Source: an uncultured Pseudomonadales bacterium
GTDB lineage: Bacteria > Patescibacteriota > Microgenomatia > UBA1400 > PJMF01
Assembly (NCBI GenBank): GCA_964650185.1
Contig: CAZYRN010000003.1
Span: 2,025 to 66,024, forward strand
DNA length: 64,000 nt
Direction: 5' to 3'
Part shown: one piece after another, positions 50,589 through 60,147 of the stretch
Position numbering within the stretch: the first letter of the stretch is position 1
How the letters are laid out: each line of letters begins with the position of its first letter
Translations under genes and position numbers: made by a program
The notes under the pieces: model-generated
Told to the model about the DNA's origin: nothing
The model's database searches: none
Seen by the model: the letters and a program-made list of their open reading frames with translations, nothing else

Positions 50589-50856
50589 GTGTAACCCGTA
50601 AGCCGGATTCTGTTTTAGACAATGATTTATCTATGCCTGAAACCTTATCACCATCATAGGGAACAAGTCCATTAAGGTGAAAATCGTCAGTCGCAGCGGG
50701 GAGGATTACCCTCGCCGAGGCGAGACCCAATCGCTTGGCCGTTTCACGCGGCGCTACCCGCATCGTCACTGTGGCTCTAACTACACCCTTTGTTCTGCTG
50801 TCCGGACTTTCCTCTCCAACGGCAGGCCGTTTGGAGCCATTGTCCAGTTACACAGT
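50589..50856 (-). ncRNA. rnpB: RNase P RNA (bacterial type, unusually compact at ~270 nt)
   Basis: The minus strand carries GGAAAGTCCGGAC (P4 5' strand), GTGAAACGGC, and the 3' ACAGAATCCGGCTTACGGGTTACAC (compare E. coli ACAGAACCCGGCUUAUCGG...). The P1 pairing GTGTAAC/GTTACAC frames the molecule. Confidence 0.75.
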
Positions 50857-50891
50857 TATAGGATATCATTAGCCGCCGAATTTTGAAACTA

Positions 50892-51905
50892 TTAATCAAT
50901 TAAATGATCTTTAACCCAAGTCGAGTAGATAGTGCGAAGAATAATGTATATGGGGATGGCCAGTAAAGCACCAATTACTCCCGCCAACTTTAATCCAATT
51001 AAAATACTCACAATTGAGATGAGTGGGCTGACGTCAACATTATCTTTCATTATTTTCGGCACTAACAAGTTATTTTCAAACTGCTGCACTAAGATATAAA
51101 AAAGCAGAGTAAATAGTCCCATCAATGGTCCGGCAGTAATGTAGGCAATCACGACTGCTGGTACCGCTGCTAAAGTTGGACCTAAATTAGGCAATATTTC
51201 CAATGAAGCAGCCAGTAAAGCCAGAGGCAAAGCATAAGGCAGACCGAGCAGCAATAAACCAATGTAGGTTAGGATCCCAATGACCAACATTAAGATAATT
51301 TGACCTCTAACCCAGCCGCCAAGCTGATATTCTAAAGAATCTATAAAATCTTTGGCCTGCTCCAAATGTTCTTTACGCTGGGTAAACCAGGCTATTCTCA
51401 AATGCAGATTGCGTCGGTCTAACATCAAGTAGAAAGACATGACCATGATGGTGAAAACAGTGAAAACTCCGCTGAAAGTTGAGCTGACAATAGAGTAGAG
51501 CGTGTTGGCAGAACTGCCAAACCGATCAATTAAATTTCCCACCTCGTTGAGATTAAGCGTAAAGTTGGATAGTTGATCTTGTAGCCAAGGTAGTTGGAAA
51601 GTCTTGACAAATCCATACAGCTCAGTCGCTAACGGCGGTACTAACAGTGCTAAAACAGAACTGATGGCAATAAAAAGCAACACGTAAGCAATCACAATCG
51701 ATAACAGTCGCGGAAATCTAAGCTTTCCTTCCATTCTTCTAACTAGCGGATTCAAAGCCACCATGATAATGAATGACATGAATAACAAAATGATGATGGA
51801 TCTAATTAGAAAGATAAAATAAAGCAAGAGTAGCAGCGACACCGCAAAGACTACAATTGAGGGGGAAATTTCTACTGCATTTTTCCGGCGGATTATTTTG
51901 AACAT
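50892..51905 (-). CDS. AI-2E family transporter (PerM/YhhT/TqsA-like, UPF0118)
   Basis: 337 aa with ~8 TM helices and the family's characteristic loop and topology. Confidence 0.75.
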   Translation of the reverse strand: MFKIIRRKNAVEISPSIVVFAVSLLLLLYFIFLIRSIIILLFMSFIIMVALNPLVRRMEGKLRFPRLLSIVIAYVLLFIAISSVLALLVPPLATELYGFVKTFQLPWLQDQLSNFTLNLNEVGNLIDRFGSSANTLYSIVSSTFSGVFTVFTIMVMSFYLMLDRRNLHLRIAWFTQRKEHLEQAKDFIDSLEYQLGGWVRGQIILMLVIGILTYIGLLLLGLPYALPLALLAASLEILPNLGPTLAAVPAVVIAYITAGPLMGLFTLLFYILVQQFENNLLVPKIMKDNVDVSPLISIVSILIGLKLAGVIGALLAIPIYIILRTIYSTWVKDHLID

Positions 51906-52927
51906 AAAGTCAGTATATAATCGAAAGCCTTGCTTTTCCAGTCAATATTATCAAGCTGAAACCACTCTACCGGCTGATCTTGCCACCAGGTCAGCTGACG
52001 CTTGGCATACTGCACCTCCCGCTGCGACCACAACTCGAGGCACTGGGCTTCGTCCAGCTGTCCAGTCAAATACTGGTGCAGCTCTGTCACGCCAGTTGCA
52101 CTTAAGGCAGGCAGCTGAGGATCTGCATAGTGACTCAGTAACTCTTTCACTTCAGTCAAGGCACCTTGATCAAACCTCTCTTTCACTCGGAGGGAAATTC
52201 TAGAGCTGATCTCGTCAAAATTGTCACTCAAACCAACATATTCGTGTCTAACAGCAGGAATCTCAGTAAAATTAGGTGGAGATGAAGAGATTGCCGCTGA
52301 CTTGATTTCCTCAGCTGCCAAGCCAAACTCAATGACTCTCACTAATCTTCGCGGGTTCTGCCGGTCAGAATGATTAAGACTCGCTAGCTTTTCCGGATTA
52401 ACCTCTTCCGCCCAGGATTGCAGCTCAGTCAGACTCATTTGCTCCGCCCGCTTTCTCACTTCAGGATTGGGACCAACTCTCAGTTGCGGATCTCTTTCTA
52501 AGGCTCGATCGTGATAGAGGCCGGTTCCGCCGACTAAAATGACCAGCCGCTGATCTGCTGTAGCTGCTGCTAGAACCTCCAAAACCAGCTCTTGGAAGTG
52601 CTTTACTGACCATTCTTGATCAGGTGCAACTATGGCCACACCATGCAGCCGCAGCTGGCCTGGTTGATCTTGGTCTGGTTCATCAGATTTTTGTTGATCT
52701 GGCTCTGATTCATAAAATGGATAAGAAAAATTGGGATTAGTTTGCTGGGAAAAACCAACCGGTAAGTCTGCTCCTGAAACAATCTCCAAACCCTGATAGA
52801 CCTGTCTGGAATCAGCCGAAACCAAATCAATCCCTTGATAGTCAGTGCTGTGAATAATCTCTTGAGCCACCGCCAAAGCAAAACCAGTTTTACCGACTGC
52901 TGTTGGACCGACAATTGACAGTAACAT
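51893..52927 (-). CDS. miaA: tRNA dimethylallyltransferase
   Basis: P-loop GPTAVGKTG and a DSRQVY substrate motif. 13-nt overlap with the downstream gene. Confidence 0.85.
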   Translation of the reverse strand: MLLSIVGPTAVGKTGFALAVAQEIIHSTDYQGIDLVSADSRQVYQGLEIVSGADLPVGFSQQTNPNFSYPFYESEPDQQKSDEPDQDQPGQLRLHGVAIVAPDQEWSVKHFQELVLEVLAAATADQRLVILVGGTGLYHDRALERDPQLRVGPNPEVRKRAEQMSLTELQSWAEEVNPEKLASLNHSDRQNPRRLVRVIEFGLAAEEIKSAAISSSPPNFTEIPAVRHEYVGLSDNFDEISSRISLRVKERFDQGALTEVKELLSHYADPQLPALSATGVTELHQYLTGQLDEAQCLELWSQREVQYAKRQLTWWQDQPVEWFQLDNIDWKSKAFDYILTLCSK

Positions 52928-54120
52928 TAAACAATCCTTGGCCTTTCCGCCAGATGTTTTTGATTAATTAAATTTTCTAAAATCTGCCAGCGCTTTTTCT
53001 TGACGGGATGAGGAATATCATCTTCATAAATCCGCCAGCTGGCTGTACCGGGTCGAGGAGAGTAGATAGCCACAAAGGCAATATGCCAATCAACCTGCTT
53101 AGCTAACTCCACCGTCTCTTGAAACTCAGCATCTGTCTCACCCGGAAAACCAACAATAATATCCGTCCCTATGGTAATTTTAGGATCTGCTTGTTTGAGC
53201 TTATTCATTACTTCGAGATATGTTTCGCGCGTGTACCCTCTGTTCATTCGGTACAAAACTGCGTTGCTGCCAGACTGAACAGGCAGATGAATGTAACGAT
53301 CAATTTTCTTATTTCGACCCACCTCTTCAATCAGTTCATCATGAAAATCCCACGGATTGCTGGTTAAAAATCTGATTTTTTTGACTTGCTTAAAGGCTGA
53401 GATATCACGCAACAACTGCACAAACGGCGGCGTTCCATCAGGAGTAAGATATTGAGACTGATTTTCTGGCAAATCTTCTCTGGAAAAACCGTCTTGTTTC
53501 ATCATCAATTTGCGAAAACCAATCCCAACTTTTTCTAAACCCCAAGAATTAACATTCATTCCTAACAAAGTTAGCTCTTCATAACCATCAGCCACCAGTT
53601 TTTCCACTTCCTCCATGATTGATTCTTGACTCCGCGACTGCTCCCGACCTCGAGAGTAGGGCACAATACAGTAAGTACAAAAGGAATTGCAGCCTGTAGA
53701 GATAGGAATCCAGGCGTGCTTTTTATCCTTGCGAATAGCTGCTTGATTAAAACCAACCTCGTTGATGGGTAAAATCTCATCCACCATCGGCATCATCTGA
53801 TAAAGCTTGTCGTGACCGTGATGAGTCATGCAGCCAGTTAAGATAATTTTCGGCCGCTGCTGGCCGATTTCATTAAAGTGAACTACCACATTATGCAAAA
53901 AGCCACGCGCCCGGTCCTCAGCCCGTTGGCGCACCGCACAGGTGTTGACAACTAATTCTGCACATTCTTGCCAATTTTCAGCCTCACAATAACCCCGAGC
54001 TTCATAATCACCCGCAATCCGCTCTGAATCTGATTTGTTAGATTGGCAGCCAAAGGTATGGATGAAATAAGTTTTAGGCTTTATCATTGGGAGAGTATTG
54101 TACGAATTAAGCTGGAACAA
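52927..54120 (-). CDS. miaB: tRNA-i6A37 methylthiotransferase (radical SAM, MiaB-like)
   Basis: UPF0004 N-terminus (TFGCQSN), radical-SAM CNSFCTYC, and a C-terminal TRAM domain. Overlaps miaA by 1 nt. Confidence 0.85.
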   Translation of the reverse strand: MFQLNSYNTLPMIKPKTYFIHTFGCQSNKSDSERIAGDYEARGYCEAENWQECAELVVNTCAVRQRAEDRARGFLHNVVVHFNEIGQQRPKIILTGCMTHHGHDKLYQMMPMVDEILPINEVGFNQAAIRKDKKHAWIPISTGCNSFCTYCIVPYSRGREQSRSQESIMEEVEKLVADGYEELTLLGMNVNSWGLEKVGIGFRKLMMKQDGFSREDLPENQSQYLTPDGTPPFVQLLRDISAFKQVKKIRFLTSNPWDFHDELIEEVGRNKKIDRYIHLPVQSGSNAVLYRMNRGYTRETYLEVMNKLKQADPKITIGTDIIVGFPGETDAEFQETVELAKQVDWHIAFVAIYSPRPGTASWRIYEDDIPHPVKKKRWQILENLINQKHLAERPRIV

Positions 54121-56128
54121 GACAAGCAGACTTCTGTGTTAATCCTGCGCCGCCGCCTCCGCCGCCGCCGCCTCCGCCACCTCCGCCGCTAGCCCCACCA
54201 GAAGAACCGACTCCAGAAGCCCCGTAGCTTGATGAAGCGGCTGTGGAAATTGAGGATAGAGCAGAGGAGAGATCTGAGAAACTTTCGCTAATTGAACTCA
54301 TACCAGTCACACCCCCATCGGCTAGGTTCATCCCGGCCCAATAGGTGCCCACTGCCGTGGCTTGAGCAGGATCAAATTTCACCGGAAATTCCGCCAAGGC
54401 TTTAGCAGAAATCCCAAAAAGCATTCCGTAAACCAAATATTTTTCCCAAATAACTATCGAATCGAGCGGGTACTTTTTCGTTTTTTCATAATCTTTCATG
54501 TGTTTTTTAAAGGCCTGCCACTTGCCAGCTTCCAGACGCCCCAACTCAGTCCTTTTTTCACCAAACATCAATAAAAATACTTCAATCATAATAAATAGGA
54601 AGTTCAAACCAATCCCCGCCAACCCGATTAACAGACCTATCCTCATATCTTGACTGCCCGCAAAGAGTGTCATCAACACAAAAAATGCTAGTAACAGGGC
54701 ATAAACTGACAGCCATCTATAGCTGGTAGTGTCTCGATGAGCTCTTTCATCAAATAAGCCAGCGGCTAAATTTTCTTGCAGCGCTACTTTTTCCAAATTT
54801 TTGAAAAATTGATAAGAGCTTTGACGATGATTTTTGCAATAAGCAGCAATCTTAGTGAGCGGAATAGCTTGTACCTTATTTTCTCCCACCTCTTCAGAAA
54901 CATCCTGCACCCCCACTTGCATTAAAAACTGTCTTACAGCCTCTTCCACCTGGCTTAATTTAACTTTCTGCCCGACAGCAGCCTCCTCTGATAATGGCTC
55001 AAGATAATAGCGGTGTTTCTTACTCAAAAACCCTTTCTTTTCTTGACTGCGCAGTAATCTAAAAACTCGTTTATGAATTAGGTTCAGCACCGTCGCTGTA
55101 AAAGCTTTGGGCGTCAATGTGGGTGCAGCAGCCAGAAGCTGTTCAACTTGGGCAGGACTCAACTCACTGGGAGGTTCCCACAGCGTACCGGCTAAATTTG
55201 GCTTAATAATCGGCAAATCACGACTAGTCTTCCAGAAATTAATTAAACGCCGAATAAAGTGAATTAAACTGTAAATAAGCAACGCTCCGCCTACTACTAC
55301 CGCCAGCCGCTCCAAAAAGCGAAAGCGGGCAATTTTCCGTTCGGTTTCTTTAATAAAACCAGCTTCTTGAGCTTGAATATCTGTCAGGTTAGAGCTGCCG
55401 GTAGCTCCAGAAAAAAACATCTCTTTGGGCAATAAAATTCTGCCTTCAAAAAACTCACCTGCCGGCAACCGATCTAATTCATACTTCACTAACTCGTTGG
55501 AGAGAATACTAACTTTTCCACTCAAGGGACCATGTGCCCACGCTTGAATGGCATCATCAGCAATTCCAGCCGGCAAAATTACTTCAGCTGTAATATCTCG
55601 CTGAGACACTTCCCATTCTGTTCCAATAAATTGCCAATAAAATTCCGCTGTGTCTTGATGAAGGGTGATGCCATTTTCAATCAAGTAAGAAATAGTGAAA
55701 GTTTTCGTCTCGGAAAATGCCTGATAATACCACTCCAAATGGTAGTTGTCGGCTGTTTCTAAAACATAAAATTTTCCTGCCCGAGCAGAAAAATCCATGT
55801 TCTCTAAACTTGGATCACCTTTTGTATAACAACGGTCCTCATCACAAACTTGGAAATTACTTAGTTGATAAGGTTCATCGCGGCGACTGCCTAATTCATG
55901 AGAGGGATTTTTAGTTTTATCAAAATATGCAAAAGAAAAACTGCCGTCAAAATCATAAGTTCTGGTTTCCGTGATTAAGACCGTGCCATTAGTAAAAAGC
56001 TGCGCGGAAATATTAACTGGTCTAACTTCATACTCTTTAGCGAAAACAGGAGTAGGGCTAATTAAAATTATCAGTAGCAAAGTTGAGAGAGAAATAACTA
56101 GGGTAGAGAAGAAAGAAAGCTGGCGCAT
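54107..56128 (-). CDS. DUF2207-family membrane protein with a poly-glycine C-terminal tail
   Basis: Signal peptide, extracytoplasmic domain, TM helices, and a C-terminal ...SSGGASGGGGGGGGGGGGGAG. Co-directional with miaB-miaA and overlapping miaB. Confidence 0.65.
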   Translation of the reverse strand: MRQLSFFSTLVISLSTLLLIILISPTPVFAKEYEVRPVNISAQLFTNGTVLITETRTYDFDGSFSFAYFDKTKNPSHELGSRRDEPYQLSNFQVCDEDRCYTKGDPSLENMDFSARAGKFYVLETADNYHLEWYYQAFSETKTFTISYLIENGITLHQDTAEFYWQFIGTEWEVSQRDITAEVILPAGIADDAIQAWAHGPLSGKVSILSNELVKYELDRLPAGEFFEGRILLPKEMFFSGATGSSNLTDIQAQEAGFIKETERKIARFRFLERLAVVVGGALLIYSLIHFIRRLINFWKTSRDLPIIKPNLAGTLWEPPSELSPAQVEQLLAAAPTLTPKAFTATVLNLIHKRVFRLLRSQEKKGFLSKKHRYYLEPLSEEAAVGQKVKLSQVEEAVRQFLMQVGVQDVSEEVGENKVQAIPLTKIAAYCKNHRQSSYQFFKNLEKVALQENLAAGLFDERAHRDTTSYRWLSVYALLLAFFVLMTLFAGSQDMRIGLLIGLAGIGLNFLFIMIEVFLLMFGEKRTELGRLEAGKWQAFKKHMKDYEKTKKYPLDSIVIWEKYLVYGMLFGISAKALAEFPVKFDPAQATAVGTYWAGMNLADGGVTGMSSISESFSDLSSALSSISTAASSSYGASGVGSSGGASGGGGGGGGGGGGGAGLTQKSACLVPA
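54146..54190 (-). repeat. Low-complexity (GGC/GGA)n codon repeat encoding the poly-Gly tail
   Basis: GCC/TCC trinucleotide run on the plus strand. Confidence 0.6.
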
Positions 56129-56182
56129 AGATCCATCATATCACCAGCCTAATACTTGAAAAAGTGATTTAGAAAAAAAATG

Positions 56183-56257
56183 AGGCGCGGGCGGGATTCG
56201 AACCCGCGGCACGAAGGTTTTGCAGACCTCGCCATTCGACCACTCTGGCACCGCGCC
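56183..56257 (-). tRNA. tRNA-Cys (anticodon GCA)
   Basis: Reverse complement GGCGCGGTGCCAGAGTGGTCGAATGGCGAGGTCTGCAAAACC...GGTTCGAATCC...CCGCGCC-T. Anticodon loop CUGCAAA. Discriminator U. Confidence 0.85.
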
Positions 56258-56355
56258 TAACTTCACCGCCTCAACCAAATGGCTGCTGACAGTGCTAAGC
56301 CTATATTATAGCCAACAATGCTAGTTATGGTTAGCTGACTTTGTAAGCAAGCAGA

Positions 56356-57183
56356 TTAGCTCAGCTTGCGAATTTCAAATGGTGTACCGCCGGCCGGATA
56401 ATCAAAACGCATCGCCGCTGTTTTTTCAGTCATATGATGAACTCTTAAAAATAACTCCACAAATGGATCATCATACCCAGACGAGCCAGCATTGACCGCC
56501 AACACACCTCGTTCCACGGTAAAACCGCCATCGGCAATCACACCCACTAAACTAACCCCATTCAAGATGACCTGCACCTTTTCACCAGGTTTAAAACCCT
56601 GTTTGACTAAGTCAGACTTGCGCATGGTTGTCTTAACGTTGCCAAAGCCATCGGTCCAAGCTACTAAATTATTGGGTACCTCCTCAATCTCAGACACATT
56701 TAGCTCATCAGTTAAAATTTCTCGGTCACCGTTAATCAATTTCGCTACTCGCTCAGGAAAGTAATCGCGAGAACGAAACTGTGATCCAGCCGCAGGTGAA
56801 GCCACATCTCTAAATTCCACAATCTCATCTTTCAAAAAGCTCAATGAATATTGAGAGTAAACCTGCATAATTTCTACACCATTTTTAAGCCTGACATACT
56901 TCAACCCGCTCCCCACATTATTTTCCTGTGCCTCCCGCTGATCCCGCCGCGGTGCAGCATTACCATAAATAAACATTCGACCATCAACCGGCGCTAAAGC
57001 CAGCTGATAAGTCACAAAGCCAACCGCAATTGTATCTAGGGGCGGGGTAGCTAACTGCTGAATTGTAACTTGATGGGGATCAGCCAAATGAAACTGAATC
57101 CGGCTCATAATTTCTGCAAACTCCAGTCCATTGGGTGCGTAGTCACAAATGACATGAAGTAAAGTTGAGTCTTTGTCAGGCAT
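56356..57183 (-). CDS. SAM hydroxide adenosyltransferase (DUF62) family protein (divergent N-terminus)
   Basis: C-terminal WTDGFGNVKTT (compare family IDRFGNLITN) and SRDYFPERVA (compare GRDIFAP). N-terminal DYAPNG in place of the DFGxxD motif. Confidence 0.45.
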   Translation of the reverse strand: MPDKDSTLLHVICDYAPNGLEFAEIMSRIQFHLADPHQVTIQQLATPPLDTIAVGFVTYQLALAPVDGRMFIYGNAAPRRDQREAQENNVGSGLKYVRLKNGVEIMQVYSQYSLSFLKDEIVEFRDVASPAAGSQFRSRDYFPERVAKLINGDREILTDELNVSEIEEVPNNLVAWTDGFGNVKTTMRKSDLVKQGFKPGEKVQVILNGVSLVGVIADGGFTVERGVLAVNAGSSGYDDPFVELFLRVHHMTEKTAAMRFDYPAGGTPFEIRKLS

Positions 57184-57231
57184 GCAGATCCTCTCGAGAT
57201 AAATATACTAACTGGTGTATAATACCAGCCT

Positions 57232-58281
57232 ATGCCAAACCAGAAAACCACAAAAAAGACTAATAAAAACACCAAATCAGCAACTGAAGAACCAAAAAAA
57301 GCTGCTGACTCTAAGCAACCCGAGGTGGTGGTGGACAATACTAAGCTAAAGATGACCTTAACTTGGAATGATGTCAAAACCGCCTATGACCAGGAATTAA
57401 AAAAAGCTGCTCGAAATCTGAAGTTAAAAGGATTCCGCAAAGGCAAAGTGCCAGCGCACGTGGCTGAAAGTCAGATTGGACGAGTCAACCTAGTACAGAG
57501 TACTTTGGAAGCAACTGTTCCCCAAGCTTATCAAGAACTAATTGTGGCTAGCGGCAAACGGCCATTAACCCCTCCCCAAATTACCCCCACTTCACTGGAA
57601 TGGGAAAAGGACTGGGAGCTGGAGGTTGAAATTGCGGAAACACCTCAAGTTAAACTAGGCAATTATCGCACCACCATCAAAAAAGCCCTCAAAAAAGCGG
57701 AGAAAACCATTAAAGAAGAAGCTAAACAAGCAGCTAAACCAGCTGCCAAGAAAGCTCAGGCTGATGCCGACCATAATCATGCCCATGATCACGATCACGA
57801 TCACGCTCATGACCATGACCACCATCACGATCATGCCCAACAGCCCAGCCCAGAGGAAAAAGCTCGAGAAACTAAACTAAGACAGATTTTTAATCAACTC
57901 ATTGAGGAAATTCAGCCCAAAATTCCTGAGCTGCTTTTGAAAGAAGAAACCAAGCGAGAGTTAAATAATTTAGCCAATGAACTCGACAGGATTGGCTTAA
58001 AGATGGATGATTATTTAGCTAGAATTGGCCAATCATTTGAGGATTTATCAGCTCGAACCGCTGCGCAAAAATTAGGCCAGTTGCAGTTAGAATTTATTCT
58101 GCAAAAGATTCAAGAAGAAGAAAAGGTTGAAGTAACTGAACAAGATTTTACTCAAGAACTAACCAAAATTGAAGATGAAAAAGTCAGAGAGCAGATTGCC
58201 TCAAATCCTCAGTATCGCCAATACATGGAAAAAGAAATTGAGCGCAAAAAACTGCTGGAAGTGCTGTTGGCAGTTAAATAA
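57232..58281 (+). CDS. tig: Trigger factor lacking the PPIase domain, with a His/Asp-rich linker
   Basis: Ribosome-binding signature GFRKGKVP in an N-domain, and a C-terminal trigger-factor helical arm domain. About 349 aa against ~430. The FKBP segment is replaced by a K/A-rich linker plus HNHAHDHDHDHAHDHDHHHDH. Confidence 0.65.
   Translation: MPNQKTTKKTNKNTKSATEEPKKAADSKQPEVVVDNTKLKMTLTWNDVKTAYDQELKKAARNLKLKGFRKGKVPAHVAESQIGRVNLVQSTLEATVPQAYQELIVASGKRPLTPPQITPTSLEWEKDWELEVEIAETPQVKLGNYRTTIKKALKKAEKTIKEEAKQAAKPAAKKAQADADHNHAHDHDHDHAHDHDHHHDHAQQPSPEEKARETKLRQIFNQLIEEIQPKIPELLLKEETKRELNNLANELDRIGLKMDDYLARIGQSFEDLSARTAAQKLGQLQLEFILQKIQEEEKVEVTEQDFTQELTKIEDEKVREQIASNPQYRQYMEKEIERKKLLEVLLAVK
57769..57837 (+). 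repeat. (CAY-GAY)n codon repeat encoding the (His-Asp)n tract
   Basis: Repeated gatcac / gaccat hexamers. Confidence 0.6.
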
Positions 58282-58459
58282 AAAACTTAAGCCGCTTTTT
58301 TGAGCCACTTTATGGCTATTTTTCGCTAAGCCAAATTATTACAAAATTACGCTTCACCCAGCCGAAATCAACGGTATAATACCAGTATCTGACTTGTACT
58401 AGTTAGATGGGGTTTAACTATCCTATAATGTTGTTTTTATGGTATAATAATAGGTTAAG

Positions 58460-59149
58460 ATGAATAATCTCGGACAAAACAACCAGCTCCCAGGATCCAA
58501 AAAGTCAACTCATGCTGCGACCAATCCGTTCGCCAGAGCCTTAGCGGAAACTGAGAAAGGTGCTTACTCTAAACAGGATCAGGCTCAATCAGCTGGCCTC
58601 AATCCTTTTAGTGAAGCGCTGGCTCGGGCTGGTGGAAATTTGCCTACCGATTTTAGTCCGCAAGATTTTTCTCCTGAAGATATGTTGGCTGAACAGCAAA
58701 AATTAGCTGAGCAGCAGCGCAAAGCCGAGATGCGCAAAAAACTTCATGATCAGGTTAATCCTGTTGATCAAACTGATATCTTTAGTGCTCGCCGTGAGCG
58801 AACCAAAAAAGAACTGGAAGATGTCAGAAAAGAGCTGAAAGCTTTAGCAAGTGAAATCAGCAAATTTTACAAGGAAGTTGACATTCAAACTACTCTCCAA
58901 ATCACTGAGCAAGGTGATGAAGGAACTGGTTTGAAAACTTACTATCAAAAGTTAAAAGCTTTTATCGTTTTATTGACTAAAAAAGTCCGCAGTGCTAGAA
59001 CCTGGATGCAGCAGCAGCAATCAATTTCCGCTAAGAAAAAACGCAAAATTAAAGGTGGTTTAATGATGCAGGGCGGGGGAGTCCAGGAAACCAAAACTGT
59101 CTTTGACATGATGCATCATGAGCGAGGCAGCACTTATAGCGGCGGATAA
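58460..59149 (+). CDS. Hypothetical protein (Q/K-rich, predicted coiled coil)
   Basis: 229-aa ORF with several TATAAT-like boxes upstream. No recognisable family. Confidence 0.4.
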   Translation: MNNLGQNNQLPGSKKSTHAATNPFARALAETEKGAYSKQDQAQSAGLNPFSEALARAGGNLPTDFSPQDFSPEDMLAEQQKLAEQQRKAEMRKKLHDQVNPVDQTDIFSARRERTKKELEDVRKELKALASEISKFYKEVDIQTTLQITEQGDEGTGLKTYYQKLKAFIVLLTKKVRSARTWMQQQQSISAKKKRKIKGGLMMQGGGVQETKTVFDMMHHERGSTYSGG

Positions 59150-59179
59150 TTCCAATTTTATTAAAAGAAAAAGGAGAAA

Positions 59180-59256
59180 TGGTGAACTCGAGTGGACTCG
59201 AACCACTGACCTCGTCGATGTCAACGACGCGCTCTAACCAACTGAGCTACGAGTTC
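59180..59256 (-). tRNA. tRNA-Val (anticodon GAC), CCA encoded
   Basis: Reverse complement GAACTCGTAGCTCAGTTGGTTAGAGCGCGTCGTTGACATCGACG...GGTTCGAGTCC...CGAGTTC-A-CCA. Confidence 0.9.
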
Positions 59257-59319
59257 TAATTTAGAGTTTACATTATACCGAACCAATCCCCATTTCACAA
59301 TCTCTTAACACCTGGTATA

Positions 59320-59913
59320 ATGCGAAATTCATGTATAAGTAAAAATAAGAAAGTAAATTTAACCTCGGTGGTAAAAAATAAATACTATCAACGTAGAGTC
59401 AATGACGGCATCGTGGCAAATAAAGCGATTCGCTTTCCTGAAGTCAGAGTCATCGATGCACAAGGCCAGCAATTAGGCGTCATGTCCAGCAGAGATGCTT
59501 TAGAAGAAGCACATCGGCAGGGAAAAGACATGGTCTTAATTACTGCCCAAGCCCAACCACCCGTAGTAAAAATAATTGAACTTTCAAAATATAAATATCG
59601 CTTGCAGCAAAAAGAAGCTGAGCAGAGAAAAAGTGCTCGGCAGCAAGAGATTAAAGGAGTTAGACTCACCCCTTTTATTGAGGAAGCTGACTTTCAAACC
59701 AGATTAAGACAAGTGAAACGGTTTTTGAAAGATGGGGACAAAGTCAGAGTTGAAGCCGACTTTAAACGCGGCCGACAACGCAGTAAAAAGGAGTTCGGCT
59801 TTAGAAATTTTGAAAGAATTATTGAAGAAGTTGGAGATCAAGCGGAGGTCGAAATTGCACCTAAATCAATCGGCACGAAGATTATGATGCAGTTGACACC
59901 AACCAAAAAGTAG
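59320..59913 (+). CDS. infC: Translation initiation factor IF-3
   Basis: INDGIVANKAIRFPEVRVIDAQGQQLGVMS...VVKIIELSKYKY. The true start may be a non-ATG codon downstream of 59320, as is common for infC. Confidence 0.85.
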   Translation: MRNSCISKNKKVNLTSVVKNKYYQRRVNDGIVANKAIRFPEVRVIDAQGQQLGVMSSRDALEEAHRQGKDMVLITAQAQPPVVKIIELSKYKYRLQQKEAEQRKSARQQEIKGVRLTPFIEEADFQTRLRQVKRFLKDGDKVRVEADFKRGRQRSKKEFGFRNFERIIEEVGDQAEVEIAPKSIGTKIMMQLTPTKK

Positions 59914-59934
59914 CAATAATACAACAGTTCAATC

Positions 59935-60138
59935 ATGAAAAAGTTAAAGAGCAAGACCAGAAATTCAGCAGTGAAGCGATTTAAAGTTACCGGCAGCGGT
60001 AAAATTATGCGTCGCAAGCAAAATGCTCGTCACTTACGGCATAACAAAAGCAAGCGCACTCGCCGAGCCTACCGCACTCCAGTTGAAGTATCTGGAAGAA
60101 TGGCTAAGAAAATTAAGCAAATGATGGGTCTCGCCTAA
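59935..60138 (+). CDS. rpmI: 50S ribosomal protein L35
   Basis: 67-aa basic protein with KTRNSAVKRFKVTGSGKIMRRK. Confidence 0.9.
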   Translation: MKKLKSKTRNSAVKRFKVTGSGKIMRRKQNARHLRHNKSKRTRRAYRTPVEVSGRMAKKIKQMMGLA

Positions 60139-60147
60139 GGAGTTATT

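Noticed and set aside
50533-50886. Overlapping ORFs on both strands (50533-50769 minus, 50677-50886 plus).
   Set aside because: The region is explained by RNase P RNA (GGAAAGTCCGGAC, ACAGAATCCGGCTTACGG) on the minus strand.
54140-54195. GCC/TCC trinucleotide repeat that at first glance looks like a simple-sequence or CRISPR-like repeat.
   Set aside because: It is in frame within the DUF2207 gene and encodes its characteristic poly-Gly tail. There is no spacer/repeat periodicity.
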